A DNA stretch of 64,000 nucleotides from the human T2T-CHM13v2.0 reference genome, Homo sapiens. The DNA lies in the NCBI RefSeq assembly GCF_009914755.1, contig NC_060929.1; one strand, 5' to 3'. Positions 32,098 through 46,968 of this stretch are shown piece by piece. Under the pieces are notes generated by a model. It was given only the letters and a program-made list of their open reading frames with translations, was not told the DNA's origin and did no database searches. Position numbers and translations under genes: made by a program. Each line of letters opens with the position of its first letter. The first letter of the stretch is position 1.

Positions 32098-33132
32098 AGA
32101 GGCCATCAGGAACTGGATGTTCTCCCAGAGCGCAGTCACCTATGTTTCTTTTATTTATTAAACTAGGTTTGTATTGTACATGAGGTACTTCATGTGATAT
32201 GTTTTGGATTTAGTCATATTGGCTTTATTTCTAAGATATTCTATTGATTTAATGTGACCTGTTTGGTCTCATCAGAAGTCTTACCATTGGGCATTTGAAC
32301 AGTGTGACAGGTGTTCCAATGGCCTTTATCAAAACATGTTTAGGAAAATTGGTACTGTGATAAATTTGAATCCAAAATCCTTTTAACTATGGGTTTTCAA
32401 CTACATGTTTCTTCCTAGCGGTCTCTATAACAGGAATTGTGTAGTATCTTGTATTTTGTGGAAAAAGGAGATGGTAGGGATTGGTTCAACATTTGGGTAC
32501 TTAGAGGATAAAGCTTCGTGGTCGTATAAATTTAGATCATTTGGATTGATTTTTATACACATAGATTTTCAGGACTTTACCTTTTGTTTTGTTTTTTTCC
32601 TTTTAGCCATCTTTTGTTCTTGTAATCCCAACTAGATAGGCTTTATGCTCACATCATTGTCCCATACCCACCCCTTTCTCATCCCCATTTGCAGGGGCTA
32701 AAGGTCTAGATGAGACTTGGAAGGCAAGGAGCATCGAAATTTGAGATACCCAGGACCCTTTCAAGCAAGAATGGCCAAAAAGCCTTGTGCTGTCTTTGCT
32801 CTTCAAATTATTTTCAGCCTCCTTGTCATATAATCATTTCAGGCAAACTGAGGCAACACTAACAGCTAATGACCCAGATGGCTCTATTTGGGTAATTTAC
32901 CTACAACTTATTCCACCAGCCTTTACTCCTCTGCCCTTTTGTCAATTTTACCTTATAATCCTTTATTAAATGATGGGAGGTGGTGATCAGGACAAAAGTG
33001 TTAGGTTCCCATGATTTCTCATTTCATTTATTAATAGTTAATGCTGAATTTTTTTTTAAGTTTCCTCTGGCTCTATTTATGTTACTTTTTGCGATAAGAA
33101 CACTTAACATAAGTATTCTCTCCTCTTGGCAA

Positions 33133-33243
33133 TTTTTTTTTTTTTTCCTGTGTTGCCCAGGCTGACCTCCAACTCCTGGGCCCAAGCAATCCTGCCTCAG
33201 CCTGCCAAGTAGCTAGGACTACAGGCGTTCACCACTGCGCCCG
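33133..33243 (-). mobile_element. Partial Alu in GRPEL2 3'UTR
   Basis: T tract then gttgcccaggctgacctccaactcctggg. Confidence 0.8.
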
Positions 33244-33678
33244 CAAAGTTTTTTTGTTGTTTTTTTTTTTAAGTTGGTACTCACAAATCACTACCTCTGT
33301 TATATTGACAAGCTCTATTTCCTATTCTTTGTATCTGTTAAGTCACATCTGTGTAAACATTGAGCTCACCTTTTATATATTAACCTCTAGAATTAATGGG
33401 CCTATGTGGTTTTTTTTCAGTCTTATAGCTGGTGTTCTGTAAAAGATTTGTCCAATAAACGACTTAATGAATGATACATCAGTCAGATTTTAGGAAGGCA
33501 GTCAATTATGGATATTTTAATGTTGGAAGAGGCCTTAATGATCAAATCTCACCCTTTCTGCTTCTGAAGTATGAAAATCTAGTCTTTTTAGGACTGGACA
33601 CAAGGAAAATAATCTCTAAACTATTGACTAAATTCCAGTGAGAGTATGAATGAAGAACAACTAGATATTAATGTCAAT

Positions 33679-33744
33679 CATTTAAGATTAATGGGCATGC
33701 AATTAAGTCTCCATTTAAGATTAATGGGCATGCAATGAAGTCTC
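33679..33744. repeat. 33-bp tandem duplication in GRPEL2 3'UTR
   Basis: catttaagattaatgggcatgcaat(t/g)aagtctc x2, one mismatch. Confidence 0.9.
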
Positions 33745-34295
33745 CAGCAGACAATCAGATGTTGTTGGATGTCTAGATTATATAGGTTTAGGTTGAAGTT
33801 ATAAAATAAAATAAAATTCATTTTCCACTGGAACTCTATGACATTCAGTGGAGTGGTGGAAAGTTAACCTCTTATACATTATAGATAATTCTAAGACAGC
33901 ACACAAACTTATCAATAAAGCCATCTCCTTGTGGGCCTTACCATCTTCATCAGATTTAGACCCTTAAAAAACAAGTAAATATGCACTTTTAAAATGCAAT
34001 CAAAAGACTGGTGGTTAAGCTTGTAAAACCAGAACATCTTTTGGCATTCCACTAAGTATATATTGTAAATTTAATGAACAATCAAGGTTCACAATAGGAA
34101 GTTGTCTTTTTTTGCCTTCCATTCTGTGAGATTTGACAGATGGTGACAATAAGAAAATGAGCTGATTGTAATTACTCTCTGTGTGTTTTTTTATTGCTAG
34201 CTATCATTACCAGTTAGAATTAACATTAATTACAATTAACAATAATTTTAGGTATGGAATGTTATGATTACCTAAAGAGATGTCTCTACCTAATG

Positions 34296-34467
34296 AGCTC
34301 AAGTGATCCTCCCACCTCAGCCTACCAAGTAGCCAGGACCACAGGCAAGTGCACCACCATGACTGGCTAGTTTTGTTTTTTGGTTTTTGGTTTTTGGTTT
34401 TTGGTTTTTTTTTTTTGGTTGGTTGGTTGTTTTTTACAGGCGGGGTCTCACTATATTGTCCAGGCTA
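34296..34467 (-). mobile_element. Partial Alu with (TTTTTGG)n-expanded linker
   Basis: gctcaagtgatcctcccacctcagcc...gtccaggct. Confidence 0.8.
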
Positions 34468-35524
34468 GAAGAATTTTCTAATGGTCTATTACACCTCCCG
34501 TTTTGGCAAGTAAATTCAGAATAATTTTAGGTTCTTTTGTTATTCAGTAGTTTTGCAGACTTAAAAGTGTAAATTTAGAATTAGAAGATGAAGCTATAGT
34601 AGTAAGAATCTCAAGCTGAAGGGCTTTGGGGAGCCAAAGCAGCATATTAGAGCATAGGCTTGAACTTAAATCTCAGCTCAGTCACCTGCAGGACTTTAGG
34701 CACCAGTGATTTCACCCTTCTGAGCCTGTTTCTTTATTCGTAAAATGATTATAATAATTCTTTCACAGCGTTGTGAGGATTAAGTGAAATGTGTTAAATG
34801 CCTACTACAGTAGGTGCTCAGATATTTATTTTTATTTTTTTATTATGCACATTGTTTTTCCTGCCTTTTTATGGCTGTCTAAAGTCTAGGGAAAAGGGAA
34901 GACTGGTTAATGATGAGTAGAAAAAACTTGTAAGCTAATCATTCACTGACTTATTTTCCTTCCATTTTCTGGTTTTTAAAATTAGCCACACCACAGGAAA
35001 CCCACATTTTTAGATGGAAAGAGCAAGAAAATTGTGTCAGTGCTCTTAGTTATTTTCATCTTAATGGTATAGTGAAAAGACATTGACTTGAGATGATACT
35101 AAGGAAGCTTTGGCTCACTCTCACTTGAAGAGGGGATCTTGGTGTTGTAGTACTTGGACTGTACAAATGTTTTACTGACTTTTCTTACTGCTGTAAAGGA
35201 ATCAGGCAGTTGGGTATTGATATGTTATTTGGTGCTCTCATTCATGGCAAAGGATTTGATAAATAAAAGTTCTTTAAACACTAAAGCAAAATCAAATGAG
35301 CAAAACTAAGGATGAAATGTAATATTCATCAGAACAAGGATCACTGAGAAAAAATATTCAGAAACAACTTTAATAAAACCTGAATTGAAATAACTGCAGC
35401 TCTGGTGTTTAGAGTCTTTGTCTGCCTATTCGTATTGTATATGGAACATTATGGTCACTTCATGACTGCTGACCTGCCTTGTTGATGCTCTGGAGAGGTA
35501 CCTTGAGATCTCATAGCAGCATAG

Positions 35525-35976
<452 letters not shown>

Positions 35977-36351
35977 TGACTTGTTTTCTTGGGTTCGCCT
36001 TTTGGTTCTAGGTGTCTTATTTCCTTTGACTACTGCTGACTATTCTCCTAACCAGATTACAGACACTTGGCCTTGTTCTGACCTTCAGCTTCCCCATGTC
36101 CTTCCCACCTTGTGACTGCCTGGCCTTGTCTTTACCTCTGCTTCTCAGCTAGCTTCCATATACCTAGACTCCTGGCTGAATGGCCCTCTGTTGGGCCAGC
36201 CTTCCCTGGGATTTGGTCTTGCGTTTTCATTATCTTTCCAATACTGTCTGTACACTGTAGCTCCATAAACCATGTGTCCCATATTCCCAGTGCTAGTCAG
36301 TGAGTATATTCTTATTCCTATCCACTCAGATGTCCATGCTCTCAAGTTCAC

Positions 36352-36830
36352 TGTAGTTTTAAAACATGGCTCCAGAATTTCTTGACACCTTTGTTGAGTA
36401 GGGCCCATGTCCATTCTTGAGTTTCCTTGGAGCTTTGTGATTGCTTGACCAATAGAATACAGTGGAAGTGACACTGCCATTTTCTGGACCCAGATCTTAA
36501 GAAACTGGTATCCCCACTTCCTGTCTTGGGATGCTCACCCCTGGAACCTTACCATCGTGCCAAGAGCAAACTGAAGTAGCCTGTGGAATGGAACTGAGGG
36601 CCCTGGTTGAGCTTTCAGCTGAGCCAGCACTGTCTTGCCAGCCAGTGAGCCATCTTGAAGGTGGATCCTCCCACACCCAGTGGAGCAGCCCCAAATGATA
36701 CCACATGGAACAGATGAGCTGATCTCACTGAGTCCTGCCTGAGGTGTAGTGTGAGCAAAACAGATGACTGTTACTTTAAGCCACTACATTTTTTAATGGT
36801 TTGTTACACAACAGCAGATAAAATGATACA
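36352..36830 (+). mobile_element. MLT1-family MaLR LTR
   Basis: tgtag...gaccaatagaatacagtggaagtgac...tttaagccactac...tgataca. Confidence 0.75.
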
Positions 36831-37336
36831 GTCACCCCACTGCATTCCCAGTCTGGCACCTTTGTGCCACAAGAATTGTGCCTACTTGCTTTTCCCTTAT
36901 CAGCTCTTTCGAACCTCTCTTACAATGTTGATGAGCGCACACATTGTCAATGGGCTAGTAGGGTTGGAAGGGCTTCCTAACAGAAAAAAACAGCTCTAGA
37001 TTTAAGAGTTACAAAGGACCCTAAAATTACAAGCAAAGTATAGTCAAGAAGATGAATTTGAACACTAACATGATTTACCCTACAAAAAAATGACAAGAAT
37101 CAGAATAAGTTCATAAGAGAATTTGGCACATAGTGGTCAATGAGTGCTTGTTTTAAAAACTGTTTAAGGGAGTATCTTGAACCTTTGGAAATGAACTTAA
37201 AAGGTGTTGCATCCTGACACAAACATTGCCAAAAAAAAAAGTTTAAGATTATGACAAATGCATGATTATTCATCTACCAGTTTACTAGTAGTAATCCAGT
37301 TTGGCCCAAGTAAATTAAGTCTCAGTGCTGAGTTAG

Positions 37337-38033
<697 letters not shown>

Positions 38034-38339
38034 TCCGGATTTTCTTTATTCTGAAACTCATCCCTAACTTTATTTTCTGCCAGAGGAAGTCTGTTTTTCA
38101 CAGCGTGATAAACTAGCAAGTCTGAGCTGCTGCTCTTGTCTTCTTAGAGGATGAAAATGGGAGTTTATCCCTCCTTTTCTCCTTTCTGAAAAGAGAGTAG
38201 ATGAAACCTTCCCCCGCCTTTTGGTTTTTAGGAAGCAGAAAGCAGAGATATTAACTATATAAAAACTGCAAACACATAAATAACAGCAGTATAGAAAGCA
38301 TAGGGCTTGTGTCAGCATATGAATGAGGTAGCGTCTTAC

Positions 38340-38480
38340 CACCCTGGCCGCATGCTTGGTCAGCAATTTCCAGCACTTGCAGACACTGCAAAAGGCTTCC
38401 CTTATCTCATAAGATGGTTACAACCACCTAGAAAGGTGGAGCAGGATTCTTCGTCTGTGTTATAATAGAGGAAACAGACA
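38340..38480 (-). ncRNA. Candidate first exon of a divergent antisense lncRNA (GRPEL2-AS1-like)
   Basis: Strong minus-strand donor GTG|gtaaga at 38340 just upstream of the PCYOX1L CpG island; I recall an antisense lncRNA at this locus. The 5' end is uncertain. Confidence 0.35.
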
Positions 38481-38559
38481 CAGAGAAGATACAGAGCTAA
38501 TAACGCAGAGGCTGGACATAACCGAGGTCTTCAAAGCTTCACTTTGGTCTGTTTCATCC

Positions 38560-39290
38560 CTCTGCCGCAGCTGGGCCCTGGTCCTGATGCTGAGGACCCG
38601 AAGCGGGCACACCTGCGCCGGGCAAGAATGAACCCAGCCAATGAGGAGCCCGCATGCGGGGGGCGGGGCGGAACGGGGAAGCTGCCAATGAGAGAGCCTA
38701 CCCCGAGAGAGATGGAGCTAATGAGGGCCTCGTGCTGGAGAGGGACGGCGGCTTGGCCAATGCGGAGCTGGGTCTGGCGCGGCAGGAAGGCGGGACTGCC
38801 AGTGGGGCGCCGGGGCGGGGCGGAGAGCCGAGCGCCAACCCGCTAGCGCCTGAATCCGGCGTGCTGCCCGCTCGCCGCCCGCCATGGCCCGCGCAGCCCC
38901 GCTGCTCGCCGCGTTGACCGCGCTCCTCGCCGCCGCCGCTGCTGGCGGAGATGCCCCGCCGGGCAAAATCGGTGCGGGAAGGACGCGGTGGGGTTCCCAG
39001 CTGGGGAGGGCCGGCGGGTAAAGGGTTCTCAGTTCTCAGCTAGGTGGGGTATAGGAGGGCGGCTGGGTGAGGGAGGGGTCCTCGGAAAAGGAGCTGGGTG
39101 GAGGAGAGGCGCCGAAGGGGACGCGGCAGGGAAGGTCCTGATGGGGCCGGGGCATGGCATGTGAAGAGGGCCACCTAGGACGGAAAAGAGGCCTGGGCAG
39201 GACTGGCCGCGGATCTCACCGGGAGGTCCAGGGTCGCTGAGCATCTGCCATGGTCCTGGCTGTTGGCTAGGCGCCCGGGTGACAGAGGAC
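38560..39290 (+). promoter_or_regulatory. PCYOX1L: PCYOX1L CpG-island promoter with CCAAT-box array and GC boxes
   Basis: CCAAT at 38638, 38685 and 38757 (degenerate copies at 38718 and 38799); GGGGCGGGG near 38660 and 38812; CpG-dense. Confidence 0.85.
38884..38971 (+). CDS. PCYOX1L: PCYOX1L exon 1 (signal peptide)
   Basis: Kozak gccATGG; MARAAPLLAALTALLAAAAAGGDAPPGKI; donor G|gtgcgg. Confidence 0.95.
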
Positions 39291-41928
39291 AGAGAGGCTG
39301 GGCGATGGCATTCACAGAGGTTGGTTGAGGGCTCTCTGTGTAGCAGACGTGGTGCTGTAGTTCCTGCTGGGGTAGAGCCCTCACAGTACAGGGAAGTCCG
39401 TGCTGAGCTGAGGAAGTACGGTGCATGCAGAGGAGGGGCGCTTCACCCTGTCTTTGCGGCCCTGGGAGGGCTTCCTGGAAGTAACATCTAAGCCAAACCA
39501 CCCCCAGGTCGATAGGAGACAGTCCTGGCAGAGACAGAACACTAGGTCCGCTGGAGATTTGCTGACAGAACGGGGAACTTTTAACAACAGTCTTTTTGTT
39601 TATTGTGTGTGTGGTTTCCCCAATACTTTATTTTGAAAATGTTCAGATGTACAGCAAGAATTTTATAGTGGTCATCTGTATACCCACCACCTACATTCTG
39701 CCATTAACTGCTGCTATACTTGCTGTGTCACATAACTATCACGCACTGTTCTAGACATCCACGAATCCAGCCTACATTTTGATGCATCTCCAAATAAATT
39801 GCAGACATCAGGACACCTCACTAAATACGTCATCGTGCATATCATTGACTAGAGTGTCATATGTGTTTACAGTTGCTTTTTTTTTTCCTCCCTCAACAAC
39901 TGTCATTTTAACTACATGACTCGTGAAGATTTTCAAGTCCCTCACACGTGATATTCCCACAGGCAGAGATCCTGGGCTTCGGGGTGGGAGGACAAAGACT
40001 CTATTCCGCTAGGCCACTCTCCATGCACCCCAGTTGGCAGGAGTGCCTGGAACATCTGATAGAAGCATCACAAACTTACAGGGTCCAGTGCAGTGCTAAA
40101 GCTTCTTGTGTAGCAGAACCACAGCCCAGGCCATACAGGGTTAAGAAGACTGAAGCATGCCAGAAACCAGTTTGAGACTGAGAGTTTAGTGCTTGCCAAG
40201 AAAAGAGAATCCTGAGGCTAGAGTAGCCAGAGAAGCCCTCATGGAGAAGGTGGAGTTTGAGCCAGGCATTGAAGGATGTGGAAGAGTTAGGCAGGCAGTA
40301 TCCATGAGTGACCATGTGTTCTCTCTCTGTCCTTAGATCGTTTGAATACAGTGTGGCTAGGAGTAAGCAGAGTGTGCTGTGGGAATATGCAGGGCACTCC
40401 CCGTTTTCTTAGGAACAGGCAACAGGACAGGACATTTCTCACCATTGGGGAAGGAGCAGGACCTCCACCCAGCAGAATTGCTGCATTGTGGCAACATGGA
40501 GCTCTCTGCCTCCTTCCTCCCAGCTGGCCCTTCTGGCCCCATCCAAGAGTCATCCAGAGCAGGACACTTGGCAATGCCTCACTGCCCTTCAGCTTTCTAG
40601 ATTTTCCTCAGCCCTCTGACGGGAGCCTCTGTTCATCCTTGGTGGTTTGGACTCTACCCACAACAAGAATGCGGATTCCTGTTAGGATGGCTTAATGCTT
40701 GTGCTTCTGCAGGACCAAATCTGAGAACCCCCAAGTGGCATCAGGACCCTCTAAACCCACCCATATAGTTCCATATGCTGCCCTTCTCATGCTGGTCTCT
40801 TTGCAGAGTGTGCGTGTCCTCTCACTGACAAAGCTGATTGTCCTCCAGCATCTTGCATGAAATCTTATTTCCCCAAGAAGGCTGTGTCCCCACACCCTCT
40901 GGGGCAGAATTCACTGCTTCCCCTTCAGGACTCCCTGGAACCCTGTTGCACTTCATCATGGGTTGTCGTTGCTAATTGCGCAGGAGTCTGTCTGCCCATT
41001 CCATGCTGGGGTCCTGGGGGACAGAAGCCTGTTTGATTTTTCTTTGTGCCCCAGGACATCTTACTGTAAATTAGAGAATTGGTGTCAGTTGTGTTAAATG
41101 AGCTGGTTCACAATGAAGTGGTGTCTTCTGCTTCCTGATCTTGGGCAGCTTCTAGGCCTTAATATCAATTTCTCTGGAAAAATGGGTAATTTGGGACTCT
41201 TTGCACATGGAGGGGATGGGAGCACACTGGTTAAAATAAAATCCAAAGCTGTCTTGGAAGTGGCTTTGTAAGTACTGTGAGAGGAAGTGGTTTATTCTTT
41301 CAACACAGAAAAAATACTTCATGAACTCTACTGTCCACCAGGATCTGGGGACATAGTGATCATGCACTCTCTCTCTGTCCTTAAATAACTTGACTACAGT
41401 ACGGCTAAGCAGAGTGTGCTGTGGGAATATGCAGGAGGAACACCTGACTCACCTCAGGTGGGTCAGTCAAGCCAAGTTATAGGTGACATCTGAGGGCTGT
41501 TGAAGCCAGTGAGACACAGGGTGATGGCACTCCTATCAAAGGGAACAGCTCGGACAAAGGCCCAGGCATGAGAGAACAAAGCTATGTGCCCACAATAAGA
41601 GAAGCCTAGACAGACAAGAAGGTGGCATCTTGGGAGGGTAAAGCAGGAAATGGAATAAGTAAGCAGAGGCCAGATCATAGAGAACCTGGTGCTGTCTGAG
41701 GATTGCCTGTGACTTCTGGCAGGAACTGGTACTCTGTGGGTCCAAATGGGTCCAGTAAGGACAAATTACACCAGATTTATTTAATTTTCTTTTGGGGTAA
41801 GGCCTCTGGACTGTCTGATGAGAAGAGAGTGGTGTTTCAGATACATGGTGAGCAAAAATTATAGGTAGGGTGGTAGTCCAGTTCAGTAGCTTCATAGCTG
41901 GTTTATAGTTCTCTCACAGGACTGTTTA

Positions 41929-42758
<830 letters not shown>

Positions 42759-42814
42759 TGACAAACACAGACATAAGGATGATTTAGGTGTCCGATAGTA
42801 GGTTGGACTAGACC

Positions 42815-43040
42815 AGGAGTTGGCATACTTTTTTCTGTAAATGGCCAGAGAGTAAATATTTTAGGCTTTTCAGGCCATGCAGTCTCTGTTGCAGCTACTC
42901 AACTCTGCCTAAAATGAAAACAGTCATAGACAATAATTGAAAGAAAGAGCATCATGGCTGTGTTTCAATAAAACTCTAGTTTGCAAAAACAGGCATCTTT
43001 CTGGATTTGGCCTGCAGGCTGTAGTTTGCCAATCCCTGGA
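42815..43040 (+). mobile_element. MER58A-like DNA transposon
   Basis: caggagttggcatactttttctgtaaatggccagagagtaaatattttaggc...tagtttgccaatccctg. Confidence 0.75.
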
Positions 43041-43451
43041 TTAAGGCCTGGTTTCCAAACACTGATCACTGAACAGAACTGGTCAGTAACTTTTAACAAT
43101 TCATAGGGAAATAAGAAAGTTAGAAGCAAGGTAGTGAGTTTTATATAAAACTAAATTTATTCTCTTTAATTGGTCATCCTGACTTTCAGTATTCTTTGCT
43201 GGTCTTTTGCTGCAAAATACCTTTTTCTTTATGAAACGAAAGTATAGTAGGCAGCAGTTTTCAGGTTTGCCTTTGCTTATTAATAGCTCTACTGACAACT
43301 CAGTCCGCAGATTTCCTTTTGGAAATGTTATAAGCCTAGGAAATTTAAGCACCTGGGAACCACCAGCGCAGGAGGATACAAAGTGTGAACTACAGCCTCT
43401 CACTCTCATGTTCTGTCTCTCTTCTTCCCTACCTCCCGGGCCTGCTGACAG

Positions 43452-43658
43452 CGGTGGTTGGGGCTGGGATTGGGGGCTCTGCTGTGGCCCATTTTCTCCA
43501 GCAGCACTTTGGACCTCGGGTGCAGATCGACGTGTACGAGAAGGGAACCGTGGGTGGCCGCTTGGCCACCATCTCAGTCAACAAGCAGCACTATGAGAGC
43601 GGGGCTGCCTCCTTCCACTCCCTGAGCCTGCACATGCAGGACTTCGTCAAGCTGCTGG
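43452..43658 (+). CDS. PCYOX1L: PCYOX1L exon 2 (FAD-binding Rossmann GxGxxG)
   Basis: gacag|CGGTG...CTGG|gtgagt; (A)VVGAGIGGSAVAHFL...VYEKGTVGGRLAT; 207 nt, phase 1-1. Confidence 0.95.
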
Positions 43659-44850
43659 GTGAGTGGTCAGTCCTGGGGCTCCAGTGCCCAGCGCCCTGGG
43701 GCTGGTGACAGCACTGGGCCCTTCTCAGACTTCCCAGACCATCAAGGCCAGAAGGTCATGTGGCCCAATCTCATTTTACAGATGGAGCAACAGAAACAAG
43801 AGAGGGGAAGGAACTTGCCTGAGGTTACACAGTGAGTTAGTTGCAGAGCCGGGATTAGAACTCAGGTTTGACTCCTAGGCCAGTTTCTTTCCCTTTCAAT
43901 TTGCTGCCTCTAAATAATCGTGATTATATCACCTTCCACATGCTAGTGCTTGCCAGGCACCTTCTGGGTGGTATGTAGGCATTACCTCAGCTCCCCTCTA
44001 CCAACCTGCAAGATGAGTGTTATATCTCCTCTTAAGGCAACTGAGGCTCAGAAAATGTATAGATTTAAGCTAAAGCCATTACAGCGAGAGGTGGGATTCA
44101 AACCCAGCAGCATCTGTCCAATACACGTTCTGTTTGATGCAGAAACTCTGCTTCTCAGAAGTGATGCTACAGGTGGTCTTACAGATGTGCAAAGTAGCAT
44201 AGATACCAAGTTATTCACTACAGCATTGTTTGTAATAGCAAAAGGCTGAAAGTATCCTAGCTGCCTATCCACTAGGACCTGGGGTTAAACAAATTATTGT
44301 ATAACTACACAATAGGCTGTTCAGCAGTCAGAATGGGGAAGTCTTTATGCCCAGATACAGGGCAATCTCCAAGATACAGTGTATTGTTAAAGTGGAGAGC
44401 AGTGTGTGTAGTATGTGGGGGTGGGGAAGGAACAAGTCATAGCAGCTCTGTCTGTGTTTAGGAGTCCACTGCTCTGTCAAGTTGCAGAGTGCAGGATGGC
44501 TGTAAGGAGCTAGGATAACTTCCAAGTGATCTCAGTGCCCAAGGCCACCATCTCCAAACAAGCCCAGTGGCTGTCACCCCCTGGACATTCTGGGATAAAA
44601 TCTGAATTTCCCTCACTTGTGGATCCTCCTGGGGAAAAAAAATGTAAAATGTTACATTATTTTCATTTTCATTTTTTTATTGACTTGGTAGTCCAAACAT
44701 TTTCCCAGTGCATCTGTTTACTGTTTATTAACAAGCAGCACAAATGAACAAACCATAGCATTTGTGTTTCCTTTAATGGACCAGTCCATTTGCATCAAGA
44801 GGGCCCCAAGTCTTGGAGGGGACCTGAGGGGCTCCTCTTTGTCTCTGCAG

Positions 44851-45025
44851 GGCTGAGGCACCGGCGCGAGGTGGTGGGCAGGAGCGCCATCTTCGGCGGG
44901 GAGCACTTCATGCTGGAGGAGACTGACTGGTACCTGCTGAACCTCTTCCGCCTCTGGTGGCACTATGGCATCAGCTTCCTGAGGCTGCAGATGTGGGTGG
45001 AGGAGGTCATGGAGAAGTTCATGAG
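44851..45025 (+). CDS. PCYOX1L: PCYOX1L exon 3
   Basis: gtctctgcag|GGCTG...ATGAG|gtaggg; LRHRREVVGRSAIFGGEHFMLEETDWYLLNLFRLWWHYGISFLRLQMWVEEVMEKFM. Confidence 0.95.
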
Positions 45026-46756
45026 GTAGGGCTGGCAGAGCTGTGGGGATGGCGTTCCAGGGGAACCGAGAAGAGGTGGGGGAGGAACCAGCTTGCCTGT
45101 ACTTTGTGAAAAAGGAAAAGGTCCTTGCTGAATTGAGCCAGCACAATTCAGTGCAGGCTCAGAGCAAGCCCCTGGCATGAGGAATGGCCGTATTTGGTCC
45201 AGTAATGGTCTCCCTAGTATTGTCACATTGACTCTCATTTTCTTACCCTCTACTACACTGATACTAATAAAAGCATGGGTTGCAAACTCAGTCGCTTAAC
45301 AAGGGCTGAACTGGGATGCGAGTCAGTGAATCAGCAGGTGGAAGAGAGCAGAACAAGGCCCCCTCTGAAGGAGGCAGCCAGCCCTCCACCGCAGCCATCT
45401 GCAGCCAGCCGTGTACAATGCCCACCTCATGTGGCTAGATCTACTCACTTTTCAGAAGAAGCTGGAAATCCAGAGTCGTGTGTGAAATCTTTTCAGTTTT
45501 TCAACATTTGCAACCAATTCATCTTGTAAGCCAAATGAAACACTTCTGCAGGGCAGATGCAGCCTGTGGACCACTCATTTGCAAACTTTGTTGTCCTCAT
45601 TTTTCCATCTAGAATAAACACCTTTCTTCACCACTCCTCCTATCCCTGGGCTCCAGCCCCCTCCCCATCACCTTTGGTCCCAGATGTGGAGGGCAAGTGG
45701 TCTGTTCCCTCCCTGTTCACCAAGCTGTCACTCCACCTTTCCCCAAAGTCCCTCCTGAAGGTGCTCCCTGCTTCCAGCCTAAGGCGCAGGGGCTGCTCCC
45801 CGGACCCCATCACTGTCTGCCTCCCTTCAGTGTCACTCAAGTGTGGCCTGTGCCCTCCTGCCCTGGTTCCTGGCACTTCTCCACTCCCTTCCCATTCTAT
45901 AACTCTGCTGTTTATAGCACTTCTTCCTTATATTCTCCAGATGTCACCCAAAGCTTATTTCCTTACCTCTCTTTCTGATATTTTTCTCCCTTATCAATTA
46001 TATCCAGACCAATAATGTTGACTTCTACGTTTTATGGGAAATGACTTCTCCCTCTCAGCCCTAGTTTCCTCTTCACTTCCAGACCCACATTTCAACTTTC
46101 TGGACACCTCCATCTCGTGTCCTATTGATAACCAAACTCAACATGTTTACAAAAGAAGCCCTAGAATGGGCAACATTTCAAAGGCCAGCCAGTCAGGAAA
46201 TCCATCGATGGTTCCAATCCATGCTAGTGAGATTGCATGAGTGATAGAGCGACAGGACATGAGCCTGGGGGTGAGTGGGAGCCCTGTCAGATGAAGCGAG
46301 AGGAGAGGACAGGCTGGACTGGCAGAGAAGGTGACAGTATCAGCATGAAGTTGCAGTGTGTCATCAGGTCCTAGAAGCTGTGGCAGAACCGACACTGTTG
46401 GAGAAGGAGATGTGTCAGCAGGGGTGGGCCGTAGCCCCAGCTGGGTGAAGAAAGGGTTATGAACTATGACCTCAGGCAGGGAGTGGCTCAGAGCAGTGAT
46501 ACAGTTGTTACTCAGCACAGCCGTGATGTGAAGCCAGGCCTAGAAGGATTCCATACCTTCACACTCCCTTTAGGTGGGACAGGCCCGCCACAGTCAGAGA
46601 ACAGGTGCCAGGGAACATGACCAGCCTCTTCTGCCACCACTCCATGTAGAGGAAGTGATGGGTTCCTGGTGGGCCTCCCAGGCACTATAACCCAGGGGCA
46701 GGTGGTCAGGCAAAAAGCCTTCCTGCACAAGGACTCCAGCTCTATGTGTCTTCTAG

Positions 46757-46968
46757 GATCTATAAGTACCAGGCCCACGGCTATGCCTTCTCGGGTGTGG
46801 AGGAGCTGCTCTACTCACTGGGGGAGTCCACCTTTGTTAACATGACCCAGCACTCTGTGGCTGAGTCCCTGCTGCAGGTGGGCGTCACGCAGCGCTTTAT
46901 TGATGATGTCGTTTCTGCTGTCCTGCGGGCCAGCTATGGCCAGTCAGCAGCGATGCCCGCCTTTGCAG
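46757..46968 (+). CDS. PCYOX1L: PCYOX1L exon 4
   Basis: tcttctag|GATCT...TGCAG|gtaagc; IYKYQAHGYAFSGVEELL...RASYGQSAAMPAFA. Confidence 0.95.

Larger units (their letters stand above)
32098..35400 (+). other. GRPEL2: GRPEL2 3'UTR (approximate end, several poly(A) signals)
   Basis: AT-rich; AATAAA at 33454, 33914, 35262 and 35372. Confidence 0.6.

Noticed and set aside
38638-38656. Possible ERSE in the PCYOX1L promoter
   Set aside because: CCAAT-N9 is followed by GCATG, not CCACG.
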